64,000 bases of DNA from Chloroflexota bacterium (GTDB taxonomy: Bacteria > Chloroflexota > UBA6077 > FW602-bin22): assembly GCA_016875715.1 (NCBI GenBank), contig VGOZ01000001.1, positions 41,690 to 105,689 of the forward strand. Direction: 5' to 3'. The notes below the pieces were generated by a model. That model worked only from the letters and a program-made list of their open reading frames with translations. It did not search any database and had not been told where the DNA came from. Positions 27,192 through 35,395 of this stretch are shown piece after piece (positions within the stretch are counted from its first letter, which is position 1; each line of letters begins with the position of its first letter). Both the position numbers and the translations under genes were made by a program.

Positions 27192-29593
27192 GGTGCGCGT
27201 GTTCCGCGGAGCTTGTAGATCGTGACGTCGCCGGATCGGAACACCGGATCCATAAAGCGGGCGAACCGGTTGAGGTCCGCTCCCTGAGATGCATACACAT
27301 CCCGTTCGGTTCTGCCCACGAACACGTACTGGGCACCGTACTTCGCGAGAATCGCCAGGACCTCCTGATCGTTCGGCGAACGGTAGATCGCGTCGATATC
27401 CGGCTTCCGAGGTCCGGCGTAGGCGAAGGTGCCTCGCCACTGCTGCTCGTGGAACTCCCAACCGAGCAGAGTCGGCAGGCCGGTCATGCTTGCGACCCGG
27501 CCGAACTCCTGCCGGTATGAGCCGCCGCTCGCCTCCACGATGACGGGCTGCCCGCTGACGTTCGCGGAGAGCCAGGCGATCGCTTTCCCCTCATCCGGTC
27601 GGAACCTGTTCCAGAATGCGATTCCGTCGAGGTTGGGCGAGCGAGAGAAGTCATCGGTCTTGTCGAGCACGGCGCCTACCGGATAGAGGAGCGTGAGGGC
27701 GAACAGAGCGGCAACAAGCCCTGTTCCGGCGGCCACACCGATCCGCGAGGGGGTGGACGGGTGCGCGGCGCGCGCACGCTCGAGGAGGAGCGGTATTGCG
27801 AAACCGACGACGATCGCGAGGAACGCCCACGCCTGGTAGTACAGCTTGAACACAGTGTTCATCCGATTGTTGAACAGGTCCCGAATGAAGACGACCTCAC
27901 TGCCGAAGAGCAGGAGGAACGCGGTGAACGCGAGCAGGAACACAAAAGCTGCTTCGAGCGGGGCGATAGCGCCGACCGAGCTACCGGCGATTGAGGTGGC
28001 TTCGCGCGAGGCACGCGTCGGCGGTGGAGCCTCCACGTCCGTAGGTGGCCGGTTCCGGACGACTCGACTCGCGCACGCGCCCGCGGCCAGGCACAGCGGA
28101 AGGATGAGTGCGACCGCCGGTGCCTCCACCCAGATCGCGATCGCGCTCAGGGCCGCGGTCATGAGCCACACCGCGATCGAACGGGACCAGTCCTGGGAAG
28201 CGGTGCCTCGCCATGTCCGAACGAGATCGACGATGAGGAAGATCGCCGCGACGATGAGTACTGGCCCCCAGAACAGCAGGAAGTGGTGCAGTTGCGACTT
28301 GACGGTGACGACCCCGAGACCTGCCGCCTGCGACCGGAAGGTCAGGTAGAACGGGGCGTAGGTGAGAAGGGAAGCCACAAGCCCGATCGCACCGAACTCG
28401 ATCGCACGAGCGATTGGTGCCTCCGTCCGCGAGGATCGCAGGAGCGCCAGCGCGTATGCGCCGGAGACCACGAAGAGCACGGTGGGCAGATCCCAGGTAT
28501 TCAGGAATCCGAGCGCACCAACACCGATCGCGAGCGGCCCGAGGATCCACGGATCGCGCCAGAGCCGCGCCGCGTCCCGTCCGCGCGCCTCGTTGAGGAC
28601 CGCGAGCGCGAACGAGATGCCGAGCAGAACGAAGGGAAGCGAGAGGACGTGTGGGTGCATGTCTCCCAGAACGAAGCTGAAGAATGGGAACTCGGTGATC
28701 GTATAGTCGGACGCGCGCTCCTGCCCCGCGGGCGCGGGGGTGCCGATGACGCGTGTCGCCCGAAACCACCACCAGTTATCAGATGGGAAGAACCCGGGTG
28801 CCTGGTACCCCACGGGCATGTCCTTGATCGCGAAGAAGGCCCGGACGCCTTCCGGTAGCGCTCGGCGGGCGTTGAGGATCTCCAGCACCGGCTCGAGATT
28901 GCTGACGATCAGCAGGCAACCGCTGGTCAACAGTCCTCCACGCATCGCCTGTCGGTCCGAGGCTCCGCGGGCGAGCGCAAGAGCCGATCCGATCCCGTAG
29001 GCACCGACCGCGGAGAGCGCGAACAGAGTCGGCAGCATCAGATTGAAGGCGATCGACGCCGGTGTGGTGGTGGACATCGCGAGGATCGCCGTGAGCAGAT
29101 AGCCGAAGTAGTAATAGCTAATGGTGGAGCCGCTCAGCCACGGGTCGACCGGCGGGAAGGACTCACTGCGCAGGACGCCGTTGAGAAACAGCAGTTCCAT
29201 CGGTTTCTCGGTGGCCGTGATGTCCGGATCGAACGCCCGCACGATCACCCATAGCAGATATGCGCCGTGGAACAGAATCTCCCCACCGACGATCAGCGCC
29301 CTGCGCTCGCGGAGAAGTGTGCGCGCAACCGGCAGCGGAGAGCCCAGCAGAGTCCACGAGCCGATCGCGACGGCGATCAGGGTGCCAAGGATCGCACCCG
29401 TCCCATTCGTGAGCCACCCGAACGTACCACCCAGCCAGTACGGGTAGCCAAGCGCAATGAGGCCGACCGCCCGGGCGACGGTCCAACCGCGATCCGGCAG
29501 ACGTCGGAACACGCGGAAGGTGATAGGCATCGCCGCCAGAGCGAAGACCTGGAGCGCGAGCCACCACGCCACAACGTGAAGAATCTGGCTCAC
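27188..29593 (-). CDS. Chlor_Arch_YYY domain (TIGR03662 / DUF2298-type) integral membrane protein
   Basis: 801 aa and highly hydrophobic. It has EKPMELLFLNGVLRSESFPPVDPWLSGSTISYYYFGYLL, the YYYxG motif that names the family. The start overlaps the upstream stop (GTGA at 29590-29593). Confidence 0.75.
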   Translation of the reverse strand: MSQILHVVAWWLALQVFALAAMPITFRVFRRLPDRGWTVARAVGLIALGYPYWLGGTFGWLTNGTGAILGTLIAVAIGSWTLLGSPLPVARTLLRERRALIVGGEILFHGAYLLWVIVRAFDPDITATEKPMELLFLNGVLRSESFPPVDPWLSGSTISYYYFGYLLTAILAMSTTTPASIAFNLMLPTLFALSAVGAYGIGSALALARGASDRQAMRGGLLTSGCLLIVSNLEPVLEILNARRALPEGVRAFFAIKDMPVGYQAPGFFPSDNWWWFRATRVIGTPAPAGQERASDYTITEFPFFSFVLGDMHPHVLSLPFVLLGISFALAVLNEARGRDAARLWRDPWILGPLAIGVGALGFLNTWDLPTVLFVVSGAYALALLRSSRTEAPIARAIEFGAIGLVASLLTYAPFYLTFRSQAAGLGVVTVKSQLHHFLLFWGPVLIVAAIFLIVDLVRTWRGTASQDWSRSIAVWLMTAALSAIAIWVEAPAVALILPLCLAAGACASRVVRNRPPTDVEAPPPTRASREATSIAGSSVGAIAPLEAAFVFLLAFTAFLLLFGSEVVFIRDLFNNRMNTVFKLYYQAWAFLAIVVGFAIPLLLERARAAHPSTPSRIGVAAGTGLVAALFALTLLYPVGAVLDKTDDFSRSPNLDGIAFWNRFRPDEGKAIAWLSANVSGQPVIVEASGGSYRQEFGRVASMTGLPTLLGWEFHEQQWRGTFAYAGPRKPDIDAIYRSPNDQEVLAILAKYGAQYVFVGRTERDVYASQGADLNRFARFMDPVFRSGDVTIYKLRGTRAP

Positions 29594-32500
29594 GCACCGC
29601 TGCCGCGAACGCGGTAGATCTTTACACCATCCGCGTCATACACGATGTCGAGATCCGCCCCGGCCATCCGATCGAACTTTGCGAGCCCGCCCGGTGGATA
29701 GTACGCGCGCTCCAGATCGCCCATGTAGATATAGGCAACGTTGTACTTCCGAAGGAGACCTCGGGTCCGCGCGAGGTCCTCGTCGGAGTACAGTGCGCGG
29801 ACGTCGCGGACGCGCTCTTCGATCATGTGCCGAAAGCCCCATCTCTGCTGGGTCTGGTGCCAGTCCCATCCCAGGATCGTGGGCAGACCTGTATAGATCG
29901 AGATGCGCGACCCCCATCGGTAGAGCGGCACATTCGCCTCGGCGATGACCGGAGACCCGTCGACGTTATCCCAGATCCACTCGATGGCACGCAGGTCGCG
30001 CGACAGGCGCAATTCGGTTACCCGCACCGTTGTGGGGTGATCCTCACGATAGATCGCCGTCTCCATATACGCGGTGCCATCGAGCGTCGGCGGAATCGTC
30101 CGATCGAATCGCTCGGCAGCCTTCCCGGGCGTCGAGACAATGGGGTACGCCGCGGCCGCCACTACAAGAACGAGCAAGGTGATCCCCCAGGCGCGAAACG
30201 CACCCGCTCGGACCACGGCGAACAACCGCTCGCGCATCGCCACCGCCGCCACCGCCGCCGCGATCGACCACATGATCCAGACCTGCAGATAGAACTTGAA
30301 TACCGTGTTCATGCGGCCGACATCGCCATCGAGCGCGACGATCTCGACGGCTGTACTCAGAGCCAGGCCTGTCCCGAAGAGAAGCAGCAGGAACGCGCTC
30401 TCGTGGGTGCGCGGGCGCCGCAGCATTCGCCAGACGACCAGCGCTAGGAGCAAGAGGAGGATCGCGGCGAGAACGTAATCGAAGATGATTCCGGCCGCGA
30501 TGACCACGAGGGCAATCGCTGCGACAAGCATCAACCGATTGATGCCCCGGTCGTCCTCGCCCACGAGTCGTGCACGGAGCGCGAATAGATGAGGGAACCG
30601 GTCCCAGCGGCGCAGGATGCTCTCCATTGATCGCCATACCCCGCTCGCGCGGGACGCCTTCGCGACGTCAGCGACCACGAAGCTGACGAGCACGTAGAGG
30701 AAGAGGCCGTGAATCACGAGGTAGTGCACCGGTGATGACTGATCCGGAGTGGGCCGAACGCTCGAATAGAAGCTCACGAAAGTTGAGTGGAAGGGGAGAA
30801 GGAACAGGTAACTCAGGACGACGATCGCGCCAGCGCGGAGGACTGCCGCGCCGAACACGCGAGCGTTGCCCGGCGTGCGCAGGTACCACGGTCCCAACGT
30901 CGCCGCGCAGATGAGCCCCAGGTAGGTCGGGAAGTCCCAGGAGTTGATGGGCCAGAGCGCGCCGATGGCGAGCGCCGCGACGCCGATCGGGACCAGACGC
31001 GCCGGAACGGCCCGCACTCCGAAGTCCAGGGCCTGTCGTACGCTCTCGGCGCGCCAGATCGGGCGGGGTAACGCAAGGGGGAACGCGAAGTGCAGGCTCT
31101 GCCCGGGCATGGGCAGGCGCAGCGCGGGCAATCTGGTGGGCGCAGCCAGAATCGCATTGGCCGCCACTGCGATCGCCAGTACTGTGAAGGGAAGCGCGAT
31201 CGCGTGGGCGTGCAGGTCCGCATAGAGGAACGTGAAGTAGGGGAATTCGTTGATGGTGTTAGGAATGACACGGGTGCTTGGCCAGTACCAGTCCACGGGC
31301 ACGTCGTACGGTCTGCGCAGGACAATCCAGTTGAAGAGCCCGATCGCGATGAGTACGACGTAGTTGACGCCAGGTACCAGGCTGGCGTAACTCGTGCCGG
31401 CCATGCGGATCAGGCCGTCGAAGAGTTGGATCGCCCCGCCCAGATTACCCAGCGTCGTCGCGAGGGCTGCAGCGAAGACGCCTCCGCCGATGGCGTACTG
31501 CTCCGGGACAACACCCCCACGGCGGCCGAGCGTGTAAGCCACACCGTAGGCGCCCGACGCGGTCATCGCGTAGAGCATGGGTAGCGCGAGGTTATACGCC
31601 GTGGTGGGAATGATCCCCGTGACCTTGATCGTCTGGGCCACGATCAACTGCCCGTAGTAGTAGTAGTTCAGGATTCCGCCAGCGAACCACGGGTCGTACG
31701 GTGGGTAGGTGGCAGACTTCACCGCCGCCATCAAGTAGGCGACGTCCATCGGCTTCTCGCCGCCGTGCGCCAAGTGCCAGAGATCGGGGTTCAGAGCCCG
31801 AATCCAGACGAAAAAGAGGAAAGCAAACCAGAACAGCGCCTCGCCGATTCCCAGCGCCAGGCGTCGTTGGGAGGCGACCTCGAGCATCCGCGCTCGAACG
31901 CCACGGAAGAGTGCGGCAGCGAGGAGCGCGGTCAGGATCAGACCGAGGAGTGCCGTGGCGCGGACCGCCGGGACACCCGTGAGCACGACGCACATCCAGG
32001 CGATCCAAGTCATCAGAAGCAGCGCGATGGGCCGAGCGAAAAGCAGACCTGCGTCGGCCATATTCGGGAGCGCCGCTGTCGCGATCGGCGCGCCCACCAT
32101 CGCCAGCACGACTAGGAGGATGATCCAGACTGGCAGCGGGAAGGTGTTCGCCAGGTCGGTCCGATCGAACAACTCGCGGAAGGTGCCTCCAGCCCGGTGC
32201 ACGGCCGCGAGTTCCGGAGTCTGCAGGATCGACCGGTACACCGGTGTCCCGGGCACCACATCGCGGCGCGCCTCCGATAGCGCGGGGCGAAGCAGGTCGC
32301 GGATCTGCGCCTCGTTCAGAGGCGTGGTCTTTCTGAAGATCAGGATCTTGGGGTGGTCGTACACGCTGAAAGATTCGTCGGCGCGCCCGAGGTTCAGCGC
32401 GATGGGAGACTTGGTCCTCTGGAGGTCGCGATGGCGTTCCGGCTCGGGCAATCGCGGGTCGCCGAGAGTCTCATCGAAAAGCGTGACGCCGAGCAGCGAC

Positions 32501-34596
32501 GGGTAGGAGGAGAAGACCTCGACAAGCTCGAATCCAAGTCTCTCGGCGAAGAGCAGCTCGTAGTACCTGGAGGTGAGCGGGTAGCGCTGCGGTAGGCGTG
32601 GGATCGTGCCATAGAGTCGGTTCGAGAAGAAGAGGACGTAGTCGGTGCGCGCCAGCGTGGAGGCGATGTGCTGGAGCTTCCGCTCGTCGTCGGCCTCGTA
32701 GAGGTTGAGGGGTACCTGCCGATAGCCGAACCGCCCCATGTCCAGTTGCTGGCGCTGATCGGACAGCGAGCGCACCGCGACCGGGAACCCCTCCTCCCAG
32801 TGCTCGTTTGCCAGTGTCGAGCCCCGCGGCAAGTTATCGTAAATCCAGCGCGATGCCTGAACCGCGGTGTGTTCGCCGGCGTACACGGCCTGGTACGCCA
32901 CGCCGTAGAACGCGGTAATGCCCAGGACGACCGCGATGACCGCCATGGCTCCCTGGCGAGGCCGAGTCCAGGCCCGGCCTGCCTCATCGAATTCCAGTTC
33001 CCGCCGGGGGACCGGCCCGGGCGACGGTCCCCCGACCGCAATCGTCGGGTCGCGCGGCACAACGGCCGCGGGCACGGCCGCGACCTCCTCGATCGCAAGA
33101 TCCTCGAAGAGCGAAAGACCCTTCAGTTCGGCCCACCGCCTCGTCTCCTCGTCCACGATCGTGACGGGCGCGCGCTTCTCCTCCGCCAAGAGTCCGAAGA
33201 GACCGAGGCCTTTGACTTCGGCCCACCGCCTCGTCTCCTCGTCCAGGGTGACCGGGTCTCCCGGGAGCACCTCGCTCCGCGTCGTCCCCGCAGGTACGGC
33301 GATTGGGGCCGCGGGCGTCTCCTCCGCCGCGATCTCTCGCTCGACGTCGTCCCACGCCGTGTCCGCCTCGCCCACGGCTCGCGGCGTGCGCATTGTCGCC
33401 CACCGGTACAGACTCCAGAGAGCGAACGAGGCGGCCACCGCCAGAACCGGGGTGATCGGCAGCATGTAGCGCAGGAACTTGGCGTGGAAGCTCCCTGTGA
33501 TGAGGAAGTACGGAAGGATCAGGGAGAGCAGGAGGAGATCCGCGTTCGTGGGCTGGCGGATGGCTCGCCAGATCAGGAAAGCGAGTCCGGCGAACATCGC
33601 CAACCCGAGTCCCGGTCCGACGCCGAAGAACAGCAGATTCTCGAAGAAGTACCAGTACGCGGGACGATTGGCGTACTGGCGTGTGTACGGCACGTCGGCC
33701 GAGCCGCGCACCATCGCGTTCTGCTCGAAGATATTGGCGAGGAAGGTCTTCGAATCGATGATCGCGTACGGCTGGAAGATGACGAACGCGGCAAGCGCGA
33801 TCAGGGCCATAGCAATCGCGCGACTGGCCACTGGGCCGAGCGAGCGAGTGGCGCGACCGACCCAGGACCAGCCGGGCGCGACCTTGTCGTCGGCTCGGGC
33901 CATGCGGAGCGCCTGCGCCAGCAGGACCGGCGCGAGCACCGGCGACGCACTGATCTTCGTCGCGAGCGCCATTCCCGCGACGAAGGCCGACCCGATCGTA
34001 TGCCTCCGTTCGCCGGAATGCAGTCCGCGCGCGGCGAGGAGCACCGCGCCGGTGACCAGAAACGTCATTGGCGTGTCGGACGCGTAGAAGTGACTCAGTT
34101 GAATGTGTATGACCGAGAAGGCCACGAACGCCGCCGCCAGGAGGCCGACGCGACGGCCGTACAACTCGCGCCCCAGCAGGAATGTCAGAGCAACCGTGCC
34201 CAGATCGAACAGTCCTGAGAGCGCTCGCCCGACGAAACGAAGTCCGAACGTGTCTGCACTCAAGGAAAGCGAATCGGCGAGACGCAGGAGATCGGCGACT
34301 GCCGAGACGACCCAGTGGACGAATCGGAGGACATAGAAGATCAGCGACCCGTAGGCGAAGGAGCGCGGGTTGAGCGAGCTGTCCGGCTCAAGAAGGTGGC
34401 CCACGTCGATGGGGAAAGACAATCGGACGCCGTCGGTGACCATGAAGATGTGGCGCTCGTCGGGATGGAAGAGATGGCCTCCATCCCAGTTGAGATCGGA
34501 GAATCGAAGAATCGCGCCCACAATCAGGATCAACGGGAGCGCGAATGGTGCGAAACGGGTTATGGCCTCGCGACCCGAGCGAGCCCAGCGGGGCAT
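29590..34596 (-). CDS. roughly 1668-aa fusion: GT39/TIGR03663-like N-terminal half + linker with duplicated 30-aa module + Chlor_Arch_YYY domain
   Basis: The likely start is the ATG at 34596 (MPRWARSGREAITRF), preceded by TAGGAGGAA. The N-terminal half has LNWDGGHLFHPDERHIFMV. The C-terminal half has GGEKPMDVAYLMAAVKSATYPPYDPWFAGGILNYYYYGQLI. Its C-terminal tail (LPTILGWDWHQTQQRW...YIYMGDLER) is paralogous to the downstream gene (LPTLLGWEFHEQQWRG...YVFVGRTER). Confidence 0.7.
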   Translation of the reverse strand: MPRWARSGREAITRFAPFALPLILIVGAILRFSDLNWDGGHLFHPDERHIFMVTDGVRLSFPIDVGHLLEPDSSLNPRSFAYGSLIFYVLRFVHWVVSAVADLLRLADSLSLSADTFGLRFVGRALSGLFDLGTVALTFLLGRELYGRRVGLLAAAFVAFSVIHIQLSHFYASDTPMTFLVTGAVLLAARGLHSGERRHTIGSAFVAGMALATKISASPVLAPVLLAQALRMARADDKVAPGWSWVGRATRSLGPVASRAIAMALIALAAFVIFQPYAIIDSKTFLANIFEQNAMVRGSADVPYTRQYANRPAYWYFFENLLFFGVGPGLGLAMFAGLAFLIWRAIRQPTNADLLLLSLILPYFLITGSFHAKFLRYMLPITPVLAVAASFALWSLYRWATMRTPRAVGEADTAWDDVEREIAAEETPAAPIAVPAGTTRSEVLPGDPVTLDEETRRWAEVKGLGLFGLLAEEKRAPVTIVDEETRRWAELKGLSLFEDLAIEEVAAVPAAVVPRDPTIAVGGPSPGPVPRRELEFDEAGRAWTRPRQGAMAVIAVVLGITAFYGVAYQAVYAGEHTAVQASRWIYDNLPRGSTLANEHWEEGFPVAVRSLSDQRQQLDMGRFGYRQVPLNLYEADDERKLQHIASTLARTDYVLFFSNRLYGTIPRLPQRYPLTSRYYELLFAERLGFELVEVFSSYPSLLGVTLFDETLGDPRLPEPERHRDLQRTKSPIALNLGRADESFSVYDHPKILIFRKTTPLNEAQIRDLLRPALSEARRDVVPGTPVYRSILQTPELAAVHRAGGTFRELFDRTDLANTFPLPVWIILLVVLAMVGAPIATAALPNMADAGLLFARPIALLLMTWIAWMCVVLTGVPAVRATALLGLILTALLAAALFRGVRARMLEVASQRRLALGIGEALFWFAFLFFVWIRALNPDLWHLAHGGEKPMDVAYLMAAVKSATYPPYDPWFAGGILNYYYYGQLIVAQTIKVTGIIPTTAYNLALPMLYAMTASGAYGVAYTLGRRGGVVPEQYAIGGGVFAAALATTLGNLGGAIQLFDGLIRMAGTSYASLVPGVNYVVLIAIGLFNWIVLRRPYDVPVDWYWPSTRVIPNTINEFPYFTFLYADLHAHAIALPFTVLAIAVAANAILAAPTRLPALRLPMPGQSLHFAFPLALPRPIWRAESVRQALDFGVRAVPARLVPIGVAALAIGALWPINSWDFPTYLGLICAATLGPWYLRTPGNARVFGAAVLRAGAIVVLSYLFLLPFHSTFVSFYSSVRPTPDQSSPVHYLVIHGLFLYVLVSFVVADVAKASRASGVWRSMESILRRWDRFPHLFALRARLVGEDDRGINRLMLVAAIALVVIAAGIIFDYVLAAILLLLLALVVWRMLRRPRTHESAFLLLLFGTGLALSTAVEIVALDGDVGRMNTVFKFYLQVWIMWSIAAAVAAVAMRERLFAVVRAGAFRAWGITLLVLVVAAAAYPIVSTPGKAAERFDRTIPPTLDGTAYMETAIYREDHPTTVRVTELRLSRDLRAIEWIWDNVDGSPVIAEANVPLYRWGSRISIYTGLPTILGWDWHQTQQRWGFRHMIEERVRDVRALYSDEDLARTRGLLRKYNVAYIYMGDLERAYYPPGGLAKFDRMAGADLDIVYDADGVKIYRVRGSGA
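33127..33245 (-). repeat. exact 29-nt direct repeat 90 nt apart (in-frame duplication of a 30-aa module)
   Basis: ttcggcccaccgcctcgtctcctcgtcca occurs at 33127-33155 and at 33217-33245. It encodes (T/I)(L/V)DEETRRWAE(V/L)KGL(G/S)LF twice, 30 residues apart. Confidence 0.95.
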
Positions 34597-34691
34597 GCGC
34601 GAGCGGTTCCTCCTACAGGCGTCAGCGATGCTAGCACCTCGCCATAACGTCACAGAGTGCGCGCTGTCACGCGCGTGATACACTGGATGAG

Positions 34692-35063
34692 TTGGCGCGC
34701 CCGATCCGTATAGGCGCTGGTTCGGTCAGTGCGGTTGCCAGCCTCAACGAGTGCAGCACTGCGACAGCGATCTGGGGCAATCTGCCGATACGGGCGCGCG
34801 CGTCGACCTGGGGGGACGAGATCTACTTCGGTATCCCCGTGAATCACGCCGAGGATGGCGCGGTTGAGACCGTGAGCTTGGGGGACCTCGGGTACTGGCC
34901 GCCCGGTCACGCATTCTGCATCTTCTTCGGGCCGACACCGGCGAGTCGCGGCGACGAGATCCGCCCGGCCAGTCCGGTGAATGTTGTCGGGCGGCTTGAG
35001 GGCGATCCAAGCGTGTTTCGTTCGGTACCATCCGGCGCACAGGTATCCATCGAGCGCGCCTGA
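34692..35063 (+). CDS. cyclophilin-like fold protein (Cyclophil_like family)
   Basis: 123 aa with a TTG start. The pattern is LNECSTATAIWGNLP...WGDEIYFGIPV...VSLGDLGYWPPGHAFCIFFGPTPAS...PASPVNVVGRLEGD. Confidence 0.55.
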   Translation: MARPIRIGAGSVSAVASLNECSTATAIWGNLPIRARASTWGDEIYFGIPVNHAEDGAVETVSLGDLGYWPPGHAFCIFFGPTPASRGDEIRPASPVNVVGRLEGDPSVFRSVPSGAQVSIERA

Positions 35064-35074
35064 TCGGAGGGGTT

Positions 35075-35395
35075 GTGGCAGTCGACGGTCTGCGGTTCGA
35101 GCGACAGTATCGTACGTCCCATTCCGAGGGCTACCTGATTCTCGATGGCGAGGATCGGTTCGGTCGGATCGAACTGCACTTCACGGCCAGCGTCGTCTAC
35201 GGCACGTTGATTGCCGAGCGTGACCTGGCAGAAGACGAGATCCTCGACGTGATCGAACAGATCGACGACGAACTCGTGATGACGGCGGATGTCCCACGGG
35301 ATGACTTCATCGTCACGGTCTATCAAGGGCGCGACGCTGGTACGTACAGCGATGACTACTTCGATGACAGCGAGGAAGACGAGAGCGGGTCGTGA
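35075..35395 (+). CDS. small hypothetical protein with strongly acidic C-terminus
   Basis: 106 aa with protein-like composition. The stop overlaps the polyprenyl synthase start (GTGA at 35392-35395). I recognise no family. Confidence 0.45.
   Translation: MAVDGLRFERQYRTSHSEGYLILDGEDRFGRIELHFTASVVYGTLIAERDLAEDEILDVIEQIDDELVMTADVPRDDFIVTVYQGRDAGTYSDDYFDDSEEDESGS

Noticed and set aside
9443-34596. The possibility that the giant-gene array is a mobile or horizontally acquired island.
   Set aside because: I saw no integrase, transposase, flanking direct repeats or tRNA at its borders. The GC content and codon style look the same as in the flanking housekeeping genes. This was judged by eye only and not computed.
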